Assembly (NCBI GenBank): GCA_964654695.1
Contig: CAZZKJ010000005.1
Span: 3,404 to 67,403 of the forward strand
DNA length: 64,000 nucleotides
Source of the DNA: an uncultured bacterium
GTDB lineage: Bacteria > Krumholzibacteriota > Krumholzibacteriia > WVZY01
Reading direction: 5' to 3'
Made by a program: the position numbers and the translations under genes. Below are positions 38,560 to 48,214 of the stretch, piece after piece. The notes beneath the pieces were generated by a model. It had not been told where the DNA came from and made no database searches. It saw only the letters and a program-made list of their open reading frames with translations. How positions within the stretch are numbered: position 1 is the stretch's first letter; each line of letters opens with the position of its first letter.

Positions 38560-39459
38560 ATGGCGAAGAACCTGGATGCTGCGCTGGACGGATTCATGGC
38601 TTTCTTGCGTGTTGAGAAAGCTCTAAGCACAAATACCGTAGAAGCCTACGGCAGAGATCTGGCGGCTTACATCGATACTCTTGAAAGCACGGGGGCTTTG
38701 GACTGCGGAAGTATTTGCGGCGAAATAGTCGAATTGCATATGGTCAGGCTTGCAAAAAGATCTCTGCGAGCTCGTTCGAGGGCAAGAGCTTTGTCGGCGA
38801 TAAGGCAGTTTCATAGCTTTATGTTTCGCGAAGGAATGATCGGCGAAATTCCCGATGTGGCGGATCTGGTTCCCAAATTCGGTCGATCTGTGCCAACAGT
38901 TCTCAGCATCGAACAGGTGGAAAAACTGCTGGAAACGCCCTCGGGCGATAGTCCATTGGGAATGCGTGACCGAGCCATGCTTGAAATCGCCTACGGAGCG
39001 GGACTCAGGGTGTCGGAACTGTGCGGTTTGACATTCGACGAAGTCTTCGAGCAGGAATGTGTGCTGATGATCAGAGGAAAAGGAGGAAAACAGCGGTTGG
39101 TTCCTTTCGGCCGAAAAGCCGCGGCCGCTCTAAAGGGATACCTGGACGGAGGCCGCCCCTTGATTGCCAAGCATTCGATCTGCAATCACGTGTTTCTCAA
39201 CAAGAACGGCAAGAAAATCTCCCGTGTCGGTTTCGCAAAAAAGCTCAAATCATATGCCCGCGCGGCGGGTCTTGACGATGATATTAATCCTCACACCCTC
39301 CGGCATTCTTTCGCCACACATCTTCTAATCGGAGGAGCCGGTCTTAGATATGTACAGGAACTCCTAGGCCACGCTGATATTTCAACGACGCAGATATATA
39401 CGAATATAGACACCGAACATCTTATCGAAGTGCATAAAGCTTTTCACCCCCGGGCATGA
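38560..39459 (+). CDS. xerD: Tyrosine recombinase XerD
   Basis: MIRGKGGKQRLVPFG; HTLRHSFATHLLIGGAGLRYVQELLGHADISTTQIYTNI. Start set to the ATG at 38560 (MAKNLDAAL); the ORF also has an upstream TTG at 38533. Confidence 0.85.
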   Translation: MAKNLDAALDGFMAFLRVEKALSTNTVEAYGRDLAAYIDTLESTGALDCGSICGEIVELHMVRLAKRSLRARSRARALSAIRQFHSFMFREGMIGEIPDVADLVPKFGRSVPTVLSIEQVEKLLETPSGDSPLGMRDRAMLEIAYGAGLRVSELCGLTFDEVFEQECVLMIRGKGGKQRLVPFGRKAAAALKGYLDGGRPLIAKHSICNHVFLNKNGKKISRVGFAKKLKSYARAAGLDDDINPHTLRHSFATHLLIGGAGLRYVQELLGHADISTTQIYTNIDTEHLIEVHKAFHPRA

Positions 39460-39562
39460 AGTGCCCCCGAATAAAGATCGGAGTGGTGCAAGAGCTGAAG
39501 TAAAAGACATCCAGCAATCTTCGCAATCTGTCGGTAGAATACGAGATTAAAAATGAGAATTC

Positions 39563-39592
39563 TTGACATTTTGGCTTTCTTAAGCTTAGAAT
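39563..39592 (+). promoter_or_regulatory. Putative sigma70-type promoter for trpS
   Basis: TTGACA (39563-39568), a 17/18-nt spacer, then TTAGAAT (39586-39592). About 80 nt upstream of the trpS ATG. Confidence 0.4.
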
Positions 39593-39673
39593 CGGGCTTA
39601 TTCATCAGGAGCAAACAGGATTCTGATAATATTTTTAGTGTTTCCGATCCACGCCGATAAACGATCGAGTCAA

Positions 39674-40663
39674 ATGAGCAAATCAAAAAAAATCATTCTA
39701 AGCGGCAATCGACCGACCGCCAGGCTGCATCTGGGCAACTACACAGGGGCTCTCGAAAACTGGGTGACTATGCAAAACGACTACGATTGTTTTTTTATGG
39801 TTGCCGACTGGCATGTTCTTACAACTAATTACAAAGATACCTCTGCTATCGCAAATAATACGCGTGAAATGATCATAGACTGGTTAAGCGCAGGTCTCGA
39901 TCCCGTAAACTGCACTCTCTTCGTTCAGTCGCATATCAAGGAGCATGCCGAGCTGTTTTTACTTTTTTCCATGCTTATAACCAAGCCGCGGCTGGAGAGG
40001 AATCCAACGCTCAAGGAGCAGGTCAAAGATCTGAACCTCGATGCCAATATAAGCTACGGCCACCTTGGGTATCCCGTGCTACAGGCTTCTGATATCCTGA
40101 TGTACAGGGCAGACATTGTTCCTGTAGGCGAGGATCAGCTTCCGCACATCGAAATAACCCGCGAGATCGCCCGCAAGTTCAACCGCGAATTCGGGCGGAT
40201 TTTTCCTCTTCCCGATGGCAAGCTCACCAGATTCCCTCGTTTTCCCGGTTTGGACGGCAAAAGAATGAGCAAGTCCCTGGGCAACACGATCGAATTATCG
40301 GACGATGCCGATGTCATAAGGAAAAAAATCAAAACGGCATTCACAGATCCATCCCGGAAGCGCCGCAGCGATCCGGGACATCCGCTTAAATGCCTCATTT
40401 ATACTTACTGGACCAAATTCTCCCCTGTAGATACAGCAGAAATATCCGAAGCCTGTTCGACGGCCCGGATCGGATGCGTTGAATGCAAACAGCGGGTTGC
40501 CGAGGCGATTATAGACTATCTGGCTCCTTTTCATCAAAAGCGGCGGGAGCTTTCGAAAAATCCTTCCCAAATCAACGATGTTATTAACGGCGGTGATTCA
40601 AAAGCCAGAAAACGGGCTGTTGAAACCATGAATGCCGTAAGAGAGAAGATAAAGATTGGCTGA
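39674..40663 (+). CDS. trpS: Tryptophanyl-tRNA synthetase
   Basis: Class I HIGH-type motif (ARLHLGNY) and KMSKS. Start set to the ATG at 39674 (MSKSKKIILSG). Confidence 0.9.
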   Translation: MSKSKKIILSGNRPTARLHLGNYTGALENWVTMQNDYDCFFMVADWHVLTTNYKDTSAIANNTREMIIDWLSAGLDPVNCTLFVQSHIKEHAELFLLFSMLITKPRLERNPTLKEQVKDLNLDANISYGHLGYPVLQASDILMYRADIVPVGEDQLPHIEITREIARKFNREFGRIFPLPDGKLTRFPRFPGLDGKRMSKSLGNTIELSDDADVIRKKIKTAFTDPSRKRRSDPGHPLKCLIYTYWTKFSPVDTAEISEACSTARIGCVECKQRVAEAIIDYLAPFHQKRRELSKNPSQINDVINGGDSKARKRAVETMNAVREKIKIG

Positions 40664-41513
40664 AGAAAACCTTGAATCCTACCGCGCCGAATTGGAAGGG
40701 ATAAAAGCTCCTTTAGGTGTTATTCTCTTTTTAATTAAAAGGGATAATCTAAACATATATGACATCCCAATTGCGGAAATCACCCGCCAATATCTGGGAT
40801 ACATGGAACTAATGGACAAGCTGGATATAGAACTTGCCGGGGAGTTTTTCGTTCTGGCTGCTACGCTCATGCGCATAAAAGTCCAGATGCTTTTGCGAAG
40901 AAACGGCGACGAAGAGGATCCTCGCGAAGATTTGGTCCGCTCCCTGCTTGAGTACCAGAAGATGGTTGAAGCAGCCAAATCTTTTCAATCCCTGGAGGAA
41001 GAACGTTTCAAAGTATTTTCCAGGGCCGTCCCGGAAAAAGAAAAACAACATGAACCCGAAGTAGAATTCGAATTGAGTCTATTCGAGCTCATGAAAGCTT
41101 TTCGGGAAATAGCGGCAAATTTTGAAGAGGAAACAATCAGGGCAATTGAAACCGAAACATTCACCATAGAAGAAAAAGTCGAAGCTGTTTTATCGGCTCT
41201 CGCCGAAAAGAGCCAGGTAGATTTTTACGATCTTTTCGGATCGAGCCATTCACGCCTGGAGCTTATTGTAACATTCTTGGCTCTTTTGGAACTCATTAAG
41301 CGCGCTGAGGTCGAGGTAAGGCAGGAAGGTCCTTTCGGCCGAATTTGGCTTTATGCCACAGGACAGCAGGAGAGCATAATTGATGAAAATGACAAAACTG
41401 AAAACATAAGCAACGCCAATCGGCCGAAACACCTTGATAGCGCTGATATTGATAATGAAAGAGTAAACCCGCGCCGCGATGATTCGCCGCATCACCTCCC
41501 TGGGGGAGATTAA
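40656..41513 (+). CDS. scpA: Segregation and condensation protein A
   Basis: PLGVILFLIKRDNLNIYDIPIAEITRQYL is the ScpA N-terminal signature. TTG start that overlaps the trpS stop by 8 nt. Confidence 0.85.
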   Translation: MAEENLESYRAELEGIKAPLGVILFLIKRDNLNIYDIPIAEITRQYLGYMELMDKLDIELAGEFFVLAATLMRIKVQMLLRRNGDEEDPREDLVRSLLEYQKMVEAAKSFQSLEEERFKVFSRAVPEKEKQHEPEVEFELSLFELMKAFREIAANFEEETIRAIETETFTIEEKVEAVLSALAEKSQVDFYDLFGSSHSRLELIVTFLALLELIKRAEVEVRQEGPFGRIWLYATGQQESIIDENDKTENISNANRPKHLDSADIDNERVNPRRDDSPHHLPGGD

Positions 41514-41516
41514 AAA

Positions 41517-42251
41517 ATGCTGGATCTAAACGAACTCGATAACATTGTCTTCTCTCTCCTGTTCGCATCCGACGAGCCATTATCGGCAAGAAGAATAGCG
41601 GCTGTCGTCAATGATACAAACGCTGCTGAGGTTAGAGATTCTCTGTTCCGTATAAATACGGAACTGCAAAATGGCAATTTGTGCATAAAACTTGAGAATA
41701 TCGCCGGCGGATATCAGTTAACCACAAAGCCCGAATTTGCCAGATATATAGCAGGGCTTTACACCGGTAAAAGAAAGCACAGACTATCTCGCGCGGGTAT
41801 GGAAACCCTCGCCATCATAGCCTATAAGCAGCCTGTTACCAGGGCCGCGATAGAACAGGTAAGGGGTGTCAACTGCGGAGGCGTGCTGTCGACTCTCATG
41901 GAAAGGTCCTTAATAAAAATAACCGGCAAGGATAAGGTCCTGGGCGCACCCTTCCTTTATGGAACGACAAGTGAATTTCTGGAATACCTCGGACTTAACA
42001 ACTTAAAGGATCTGCCAACGATAGAAGAACTTGAATCCGTCCTTGAGACCAAGGAAAAAGAGGGGGAAGAAGACGAGCATGACGAGCCCGCTACCGGTGA
42101 AGTTCTATCCGCACGGCCGCTTGAAAAACCATTCGAGCAAGCCTCGGAAAAATCGGGTGTCGAATCTTCCGGACCGCTTCTCGAAGACCAAACAGCCCAA
42201 AACCCTTTCGATGAAAAATCCAAAAAACCCCAAAGCGATGCCGAGTCTTGA
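41517..42251 (+). CDS. scpB: Segregation and condensation protein B, with a long acidic/disordered C-terminal tail
   Basis: IVFSLLFASDEPLSARRIAAVV...LAIIAYKQPVTRAAIEQVRGVN (winged-helix repeats). Confidence 0.85.
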   Translation: MLDLNELDNIVFSLLFASDEPLSARRIAAVVNDTNAAEVRDSLFRINTELQNGNLCIKLENIAGGYQLTTKPEFARYIAGLYTGKRKHRLSRAGMETLAIIAYKQPVTRAAIEQVRGVNCGGVLSTLMERSLIKITGKDKVLGAPFLYGTTSEFLEYLGLNNLKDLPTIEELESVLETKEKEGEEDEHDEPATGEVLSARPLEKPFEQASEKSGVESSGPLLEDQTAQNPFDEKSKKPQSDAES

Positions 42252-43014
42252 CAATAAAGAGACTGTCCGCTTAAATCGCTACATGGCCATCCTCGGCCTC
42301 GGTTCGAGAAGGGCATGCGAGGATATAATAGCCGGCGGCAAAGTCACCGTGGACGGCCGCATAGTCCTGTCACCATCATTCAAGGTGATCCCGGGAATAA
42401 GCAACATCAAGCTCGGCGGCAAGAAGCTCGATCATTCTCCCAAAAAGATTATTTTGCTGATGAACAAACCCGAAGGGATTGTCACTACCGTCTCGGATCC
42501 CCATGGCAGAAAAACAGTCATTGATATATGCAGGAAACATAATTTCAGAATGCGTCTGTTTCCCGTGGGAAGGTTGGATTTGAATTCTTCCGGTGCAATC
42601 CTTTTGACCAACGATGGTTTGTTGTGCTACCGTTTGATCCATCCGAAATTTCAAATACACAAGGTTTATTATGTTCGAACAAGGGGACGCATCTTGGATA
42701 AAAAGCTCGCCAGGATGAGAAGGCTTGCGCAGCCTTCGTTGAAAACCGCCGAAAGAGGATTGAAAACTCCCCGCATTGAATTGATTAAAGACCTGGGCAA
42801 AGAGAACCTTTTGAAAATCGTTCTTTATGAAGGCAAAAACAGGCAGGTTAGAAAGCTCTGCGATGATGTTGGCCTGAAAGTGGTCAAATTAAAGAGAGTG
42901 GTGTTTGGCCCATTATCCATCAGGTCTTTATCGGTTGGTTCAATTCGCCCGCTTACAAAAAAAGAGATAGCCGAGATAAACAAAATTGCTGCATGGGAGG
43001 ATGATGAAAAATGA
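42238..43014 (+). CDS. rluB: RluB/RsuA-family 23S rRNA pseudouridine synthase (S4 domain plus PseudoU_synth_2)
   Basis: S4 domain (VRLNRYMAILGLGSRRACEDIIAGGKVTVDGRIV). Catalytic region LNSSGAILLTNDG. Start set to the ATG at 42238. The ORF's upstream 69 codons overlap the scpB tail in another frame. Confidence 0.8.
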   Translation: MPSLDNKETVRLNRYMAILGLGSRRACEDIIAGGKVTVDGRIVLSPSFKVIPGISNIKLGGKKLDHSPKKIILLMNKPEGIVTTVSDPHGRKTVIDICRKHNFRMRLFPVGRLDLNSSGAILLTNDGLLCYRLIHPKFQIHKVYYVRTRGRILDKKLARMRRLAQPSLKTAERGLKTPRIELIKDLGKENLLKIVLYEGKNRQVRKLCDDVGLKVVKLKRVVFGPLSIRSLSVGSIRPLTKKEIAEINKIAAWEDDEK

Positions 43015-44126
43015 ATATTGAAAAATTGGCGAAACCATTTTTGAAAAACATCAAGCCGTACAAAGCCGGAAAGCCGGTGGAGGAAGCACAAAGAGAGAGG
43101 CAAACGGATAAACCTTTTATCAAGCTGGCTTCAAACGAGAATCCCAATCCTCCGCACAAAATCATCATCAATGCATTAACCGCGGCTCTTCCGGGCGCCA
43201 ACCGCTATCCGGAATCGGGATGCTATTACCTGGTGCGCGAAATCGCAGGCCGCATGGGCGTTGCTCCGGAAGAGATTTTCATAGGCAATGGCTCGAATGA
43301 GATCATTGATCTCCTGGTTAGGGCTTTTGTAAAGAATGGAGAGAATGTCATTTATCCAACACCGGGCTTTGTCGTGTACGAAATGGTTTGTGCGATTTCC
43401 GGAGTAGAGAGAAAGGCTGTGCCTTGTTCAGATTTCCGAATCGATCTGAAAGCAATAACCGAAGCCACTGATGCCGAAACTAAAATGATTTTTCTTTGCA
43501 ATCCCAATAACCCCACAGGAACTTACTTCAGTTCAAGCGAATTAAAGGAATTTCTGCGGAATGTTCCTGATAATATCCTGGTGGTCGTGGATGAAGCTTA
43601 TTATGAATATGTCGATGCCGATGACTATCCGGACTGCCTGGCCTTGATGAAAGAAAGAAACACTCTTATTGTTCTCCGAACATTCTCCAAGTTCTATTCG
43701 CTAGCCGGAATCAGAGTTGGCTTCTCTGTTGCCGACAAAGCTGTTGTCGGGATTCTGCACAAAGTCAGGCAGCCGTTCAACGTCAACAGACTGGCCCAGG
43801 AAGCAGCCAGAGCGGCTTTGGCCTGTGAAGATTCTCTGCGGCCACAAGTTCTCGAAACCATTAAAGAGAGAACCGAACTGAGAAAAAAGATTGCAGAACT
43901 GGGATGCAAATGCCCATTGTCTCAAACAAATTTTCTTTATGTCGTACCTCCTGCTGTTCCTGGAGATATTTGCGAAATGCTTTTGGATCACGGAGTAATC
44001 GTAAGGAAAATGAAGCCTTTCGGCGGAGGAGAAAATTCCTTCAGGGTATCCATAGGTACGCAAGGGGAGAATTTAATGTTTATAACAGCCCTGGAAAAAG
44101 TCTTAACCGGCCGCCGTATTAAATAG
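43011..44126 (+). CDS. hisC: Histidinol-phosphate aminotransferase
   Basis: LASNENPNPP and the PLP-lysine region FSKFYSLAGIRVGF. Class II aminotransferase fold and length. Confidence 0.85.
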   Translation: MNIEKLAKPFLKNIKPYKAGKPVEEAQRERQTDKPFIKLASNENPNPPHKIIINALTAALPGANRYPESGCYYLVREIAGRMGVAPEEIFIGNGSNEIIDLLVRAFVKNGENVIYPTPGFVVYEMVCAISGVERKAVPCSDFRIDLKAITEATDAETKMIFLCNPNNPTGTYFSSSELKEFLRNVPDNILVVVDEAYYEYVDADDYPDCLALMKERNTLIVLRTFSKFYSLAGIRVGFSVADKAVVGILHKVRQPFNVNRLAQEAARAALACEDSLRPQVLETIKERTELRKKIAELGCKCPLSQTNFLYVVPPAVPGDICEMLLDHGVIVRKMKPFGGGENSFRVSIGTQGENLMFITALEKVLTGRRIK

Positions 44127-44156
44127 CAGAGATTTTCATATCTACACAAGAACACC

Positions 44157-45518
44157 GTGATAAACAATAATCTAATTAAAGGATTCCAGATAGCCATAGA
44201 CGGACCGTCGGGCTCCGGCAAAACCACGACGGCACGAATGGTTGCATCGAGGTTGGGATTGACCCATGTGGATACGGGTGCCATGTACAGGGCAGTAACA
44301 CTGCAGGCGCTAAAAGAAAAATGTGATCTTGAGGACTCGGAACATCTTGGTGGACTGGCTGCAAAGTCAATAATAAAGTTCAAGGAATCGGCCGCAGGTC
44401 CGCAAAAAGTCTTTTTGAACGACATTGATGTTACTGTCGATATTCGCACACCTGAAGTTTCCAGACACGTTTCTCTGGTTAGTTCGCATAAATCTGTAAG
44501 GCGCGTTATGGCCCGCCTGCAACGCGTTATGGCCTCTCGCGGCGGTGTGGTCCTTGAAGGAAGGGATATAGGAAGCGTCATTCTGCCGTGCGCTGAAATA
44601 AAAATATTCCTTGTTGCTTCAATTGAGGAAAGAGCTCGCAGGCGCCAGCTGGAATTCGAAGAAAATGGAATAGACAAACCTCTGACAGAAATAAAAGAAG
44701 ATATAGCCAAAAGGGACAATCTTGATTCTTCGAGGGAAATGAGTCCTCTTAAGAAACCGATAGGGTCGATGACTATAGATACCACCGATTTATCGATCGA
44801 AGAGCAAGTGCAGGCGGTGATATCACATGCAAGGCATACGTCCGAAAAGCTGGAACTGCTCCAAGCAGGTAAAAACACGTTGAGAAGGCGCTTCATATTC
44901 AGATTCGCCCAGGGCTTGATAAGATCTTTTTTTAGAGCAATTTGGGGCGTAAAGATTATCCGCGAGATAAATCTGGATTTGAACGAGAACTACATCTTTG
45001 CCTGCAATCATATTTCATACATGGATCCCCCTTTAATAGGTTCTTTTCTTCCGAGGGAAATTCATTTCCTGGCAAAAACCGAGCTTTTCAAAAATAAGTT
45101 GTTCTCCAGACTTATACGGTCCTTCAATGCCGTTCCCATCAAGCGGGATTCTTTTGACCGTGGAGCTATGAAATCTGTGCTTTCGTTGCTGACTAGAGGT
45201 GATTCACTGATGCTTTTTCCGGAAGGCACCAGATCCATGGGAAACGACCTGGGAAAACCGAAAAACGGAGTCGGGTACCTGGCCCTGAATTCCTCAATAT
45301 CTGTCGTACCTGTTTATGTCCAAGGCAGCAATAAACTTATCGCCGCGCTCTTCAGAAAACCGCGCTTAGTAGTGGCGGTTGGTAAGCCGATTCGGCTGAG
45401 CGATCCCGCAATTGAGAACTGTAAAAACAGTTCAGGTTATAATGATTACAGCTTGATGGTAATGGAAGCCATTGCGGCGTTGAAGGAGCTTGCGAGCCCC
45501 CATCCCTGCAGTACATGA
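44157..45518 (+). CDS. cmk: Bifunctional fusion: cytidylate kinase (N-terminal) plus 1-acyl-sn-glycerol-3-phosphate acyltransferase (C-terminal)
   Basis: Cmk P-loop IAIDGPSGSGKTT...DTGAMYRAV. The C-terminal half carries the acyltransferase HxxxxD (NHISYMD, nt 45006-45026) and FPEGTRS motifs. GTG start. Confidence 0.8.
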   Translation: MINNNLIKGFQIAIDGPSGSGKTTTARMVASRLGLTHVDTGAMYRAVTLQALKEKCDLEDSEHLGGLAAKSIIKFKESAAGPQKVFLNDIDVTVDIRTPEVSRHVSLVSSHKSVRRVMARLQRVMASRGGVVLEGRDIGSVILPCAEIKIFLVASIEERARRRQLEFEENGIDKPLTEIKEDIAKRDNLDSSREMSPLKKPIGSMTIDTTDLSIEEQVQAVISHARHTSEKLELLQAGKNTLRRRFIFRFAQGLIRSFFRAIWGVKIIREINLDLNENYIFACNHISYMDPPLIGSFLPREIHFLAKTELFKNKLFSRLIRSFNAVPIKRDSFDRGAMKSVLSLLTRGDSLMLFPEGTRSMGNDLGKPKNGVGYLALNSSISVVPVYVQGSNKLIAALFRKPRLVVAVGKPIRLSDPAIENCKNSSGYNDYSLMVMEAIAALKELASPHPCST

Positions 45519-45591
45519 ATTCTGCCTTCTTTGGCACAAAGATTCCTTTCTTTTCTATCCACAGGGCTTTAATATTAAGCGTATTTTTCAC

Positions 45592-45620
45592 TTGCATTTA
45601 GCTTCAGACATTATTATTAT
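45592..45620 (+). promoter_or_regulatory. Putative sigma70-type promoter for rpsA, in an AT-rich leader
   Basis: TTGCAT, a 17-nt spacer, then TATTAT. The A/U-rich leader that follows and the AAGGAGGA RBS are typical of S1-autoregulated rpsA leaders. Confidence 0.35.
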
Positions 45621-45666
45621 CTTCTGGTTCCAAAGGAACAAATTTACTGTAAAAGGAGGAATTTTA

Positions 45667-47715
45667 ATGCTCGAAGGAGTCCAAGGCGTTGAAAGCGCCG
45701 ACAAGAGTGAAGAAAATCCACGCAAAGGAGGTGAAATCAAGTATTCAGGAGGGGGCCAACTCCGTTCACCTGCCTACGCACAGTTCGAAGTGCTCGATAT
45801 AAATGAAGCGACAGACCCAGAACCGGCGGAAGATTCGAAAGAGTTTTCCGAGTTGGTGAACAGCCTTCAAAATCTCTTCACCGAGTTCGAAGAAGAAAAA
45901 ATCGTCAAAGGCACTATAACTGAAGTCCGCGAGAACGAGGTTATAGTAGACGTTGGATTCAAAAGCGAAGGCGCAATCTCGCTCAATGAGTTCCGAGACA
46001 GGGATGAAGTGACCGTAGGAGATGAAGTGGATGTCTTCCTGGAAAAACTGGAAAATCAAGATGGCCTGGTCGTTTTATCGAAAGAGAAAGCTGATTTCTT
46101 CAGAGTCTGGGATGAAATCAAATCCGCTCACGACAGCGGGGAAATAATGGAGGGCAAGGTTGCCCGCAGGATCAAAGGGGGTCTTGTAGCCAACTTAATA
46201 GGCGTTGAAGCGTTTTTGCCCGGCAGCCAGATAGCTCTTCGTCAGGTACCAAACCTGGACGATCTAATTGGAGAGACCCTCAAGTTCAAAGTTATCAAGA
46301 TTAACAGGCGAAGAAGGAATATCGTTGTTTCCAGAAGGGTAGTTCTCGAAGAAGAAAGAGCCGAACAAAAGCGATCCCTTCTAACCGAACTCGAAGTCGG
46401 ACAGGTACGCGAAGGTGTTGTTAAGAATATCACTGATTTCGGAGCTTTTGTTGATCTTGGCGGAGTCGATGGACTTCTTCATTTGACCGATATGACTTGG
46501 GGAAGAATAAGCCATCCCTCGGAAGTCGTAGCGATCGGCAACAATTTAAAAGTGAAGATCCTGGATTTCGATAAGGAAAGAGAAAAAATATCTCTTGGCT
46601 TAAAACAACTCACCCCCTATCCATGGGATGGAGTTAACGATAGATATCCAGCCGATAGCAAGGTGCGTGGAAAAGTCGTCAGCATCACCGATTATGGTGC
46701 TTTTGTAGAACTCGAAAAAGGCGTTGAAGGATTAATCCATATATCGGAAATGTCATGGACGCGCCACGTCAAACATCCTTCCAAAGTTCTGGCCATCGGA
46801 GAAACCGTAGATGCCATGGTGCTCAAGGTCGATCAAGACAATCAAAAGATATCTCTTGGATTGAAACAAATAGAGCCCGACCCGTGGTCCACTATTGAAG
46901 AGAAATATCCTGTTGGGACCCGGCTTGCCGGAAAAGTAAGAAATCTTACAAATTTCGGCGCTTTTGTTGAAATCGAAGACGGGATAGACGGCCTTCTTCA
47001 TATTTCCGACATGTCGTGGGCCAAGCGCGTGCGACATCCAAGTGAAGTTGTCAAAAAAGGCGATAAAATAGATATCGTCGTGCTGGATATCAGCCAGGAA
47101 AAAAAGCGCATCAGCTTGGGCATGAAGCAGCTAACCGAAAATCCCTGGGACAGGCTGGCGGACGAATATGCTGTTGATACGGTTACCGAGGGAAAAATTA
47201 CCCGGGTTCTCGACCGCGGAGCCGTTGTCGAGCTTCGATCGGATGTCGAAGGTTTCGTTCCTATAGGACAAATGGGAAAGGAAGGCTTGAAGCATCCAGA
47301 GGAGTATTATTCCATAGACGATAATCTCCCTCTTAAAGTGATCAAGGTCGATCCCAAGAATAAACGTATCGTTCTCAGCGTAAGCCTCTACTTGAAAACT
47401 CTCGATGAGGATTCGGCCAACGAATTCCATGAAAAATTCCCATATATTGAGAGAACCGTGCATGATGGTGCCGATGAGACGCCAACCGCAGATTCAGGCG
47501 AGGCAAAACCAGCGGGAGACAATTCCGAGGATGCTCCACTCGAGAATTCAGACATTGAAGACGCCGCACCGGTTGAGGATTCTCAGGAAAAGAACGACGG
47601 CGGTGAGATATCGCTTAAGGAGGTACCTAAAGAGGCTCCTCCCAAGGACGGGCAGGCTGATTCTGATGAGGATCAGGTTCCACCCCAGCCACCCGACACC
47701 AACGAAAACTCGTAG
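45667..47715 (+). CDS. rpsA: 30S ribosomal protein S1 (six S1 domains) with an N-terminal extension and a ~100-aa acidic C-terminal tail
   Basis: Six repeats of the G.V..I.DFGAFV.L..GV.GL.H.S.M type. Start set to the ATG at 45667, which has a strong RBS. Confidence 0.9.
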   Translation: MLEGVQGVESADKSEENPRKGGEIKYSGGGQLRSPAYAQFEVLDINEATDPEPAEDSKEFSELVNSLQNLFTEFEEEKIVKGTITEVRENEVIVDVGFKSEGAISLNEFRDRDEVTVGDEVDVFLEKLENQDGLVVLSKEKADFFRVWDEIKSAHDSGEIMEGKVARRIKGGLVANLIGVEAFLPGSQIALRQVPNLDDLIGETLKFKVIKINRRRRNIVVSRRVVLEEERAEQKRSLLTELEVGQVREGVVKNITDFGAFVDLGGVDGLLHLTDMTWGRISHPSEVVAIGNNLKVKILDFDKEREKISLGLKQLTPYPWDGVNDRYPADSKVRGKVVSITDYGAFVELEKGVEGLIHISEMSWTRHVKHPSKVLAIGETVDAMVLKVDQDNQKISLGLKQIEPDPWSTIEEKYPVGTRLAGKVRNLTNFGAFVEIEDGIDGLLHISDMSWAKRVRHPSEVVKKGDKIDIVVLDISQEKKRISLGMKQLTENPWDRLADEYAVDTVTEGKITRVLDRGAVVELRSDVEGFVPIGQMGKEGLKHPEEYYSIDDNLPLKVIKVDPKNKRIVLSVSLYLKTLDEDSANEFHEKFPYIERTVHDGADETPTADSGEAKPAGDNSEDAPLENSDIEDAAPVEDSQEKNDGGEISLKEVPKEAPPKDGQADSDEDQVPPQPPDTNENS

Positions 47716-47749
47716 ACGGCGTCGAATTTCCGTACCGATTTTTCTGCAT

Positions 47750-47785
47750 GGAAAGAGGAGCGATTAAAGCTCCTCTTCCTTTTTT
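47750..47785 (+). terminator. Rho-independent terminator after rpsA
   Basis: GGAAAGAGGAGC-gattaaa-GCTCCTCTTCC followed by TTTTTT. Confidence 0.55.
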
Positions 47786-47862
47786 CCGGGATTTTGCAGC
47801 TTGACTGTATAAATGAAAAAGGCCATGATTTATAAAAATATTTTTCAAAGGAGGTTCCGCCC

Positions 47863-48198
47863 GTGTGGCTGATAAGGAGTATCATAATACTTATTGGCGT
47901 AATAGCATTTTTATGGGTAGGCATGAACAACGCCGATCAAAAAGTACATTTCAAGTTTTTTACGGAAAACTTCGAACAGCTGTCTCTTAATCTGCTTCTT
48001 TTGATTGTTTTTGCAGCTGGAATGATTTTTTCCTTTCTCATCTCTATCATAAACGAATTTCAACTGAGAACGAACTTGAGCAAGCAAAGAAGAAAGTGTC
48101 AGAAGCTTTCAGAAGAAATTGCCGATCTGCGCAACCTACCTCTTGATGATGGAGAAGAGGATGACCGGAACAACAAAATGAGTAACGTAGATTTTTGA
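47863..48198 (+). CDS. lapA: LapA-like (DUF1049/YciS family) inner-membrane protein
   Basis: Two TM helices followed by a coiled-coil/acidic tail. Sits directly upstream of lapB, the canonical arrangement. GTG start with an AAAGGAGG RBS. Confidence 0.6.
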   Translation: MWLIRSIIILIGVIAFLWVGMNNADQKVHFKFFTENFEQLSLNLLLLIVFAAGMIFSFLISIINEFQLRTNLSKQRRKCQKLSEEIADLRNLPLDDGEEDDRNNKMSNVDF

Positions 48199-48214
48199 AG
48201 GGACTGAAGTTCAA

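Noticed and set aside
39593-39673. Possible T-box leader upstream of trpS
   Set aside because: The leader is only about 80 nt. That is far too short for a T-box, and neither a specifier loop nor the T-box sequence is visible.
42031-42237. Lysine/arginine-rich 69-codon N-terminal extension of the rluB ORF (MNPSLRPRKKRGKK...)
   Set aside because: It is the alternate-frame reading of the acidic C-terminal tail of scpB. The conserved S4 domain begins right after the ATG at 42238, so the extension is not part of the protein.
43988-44896. 302-aa minus-strand ORF spanning the hisC 3' end and the cmk/plsC 5' end
   Set aside because: It is antisense to two well-supported genes, low in complexity, and has no start-codon or RBS context.
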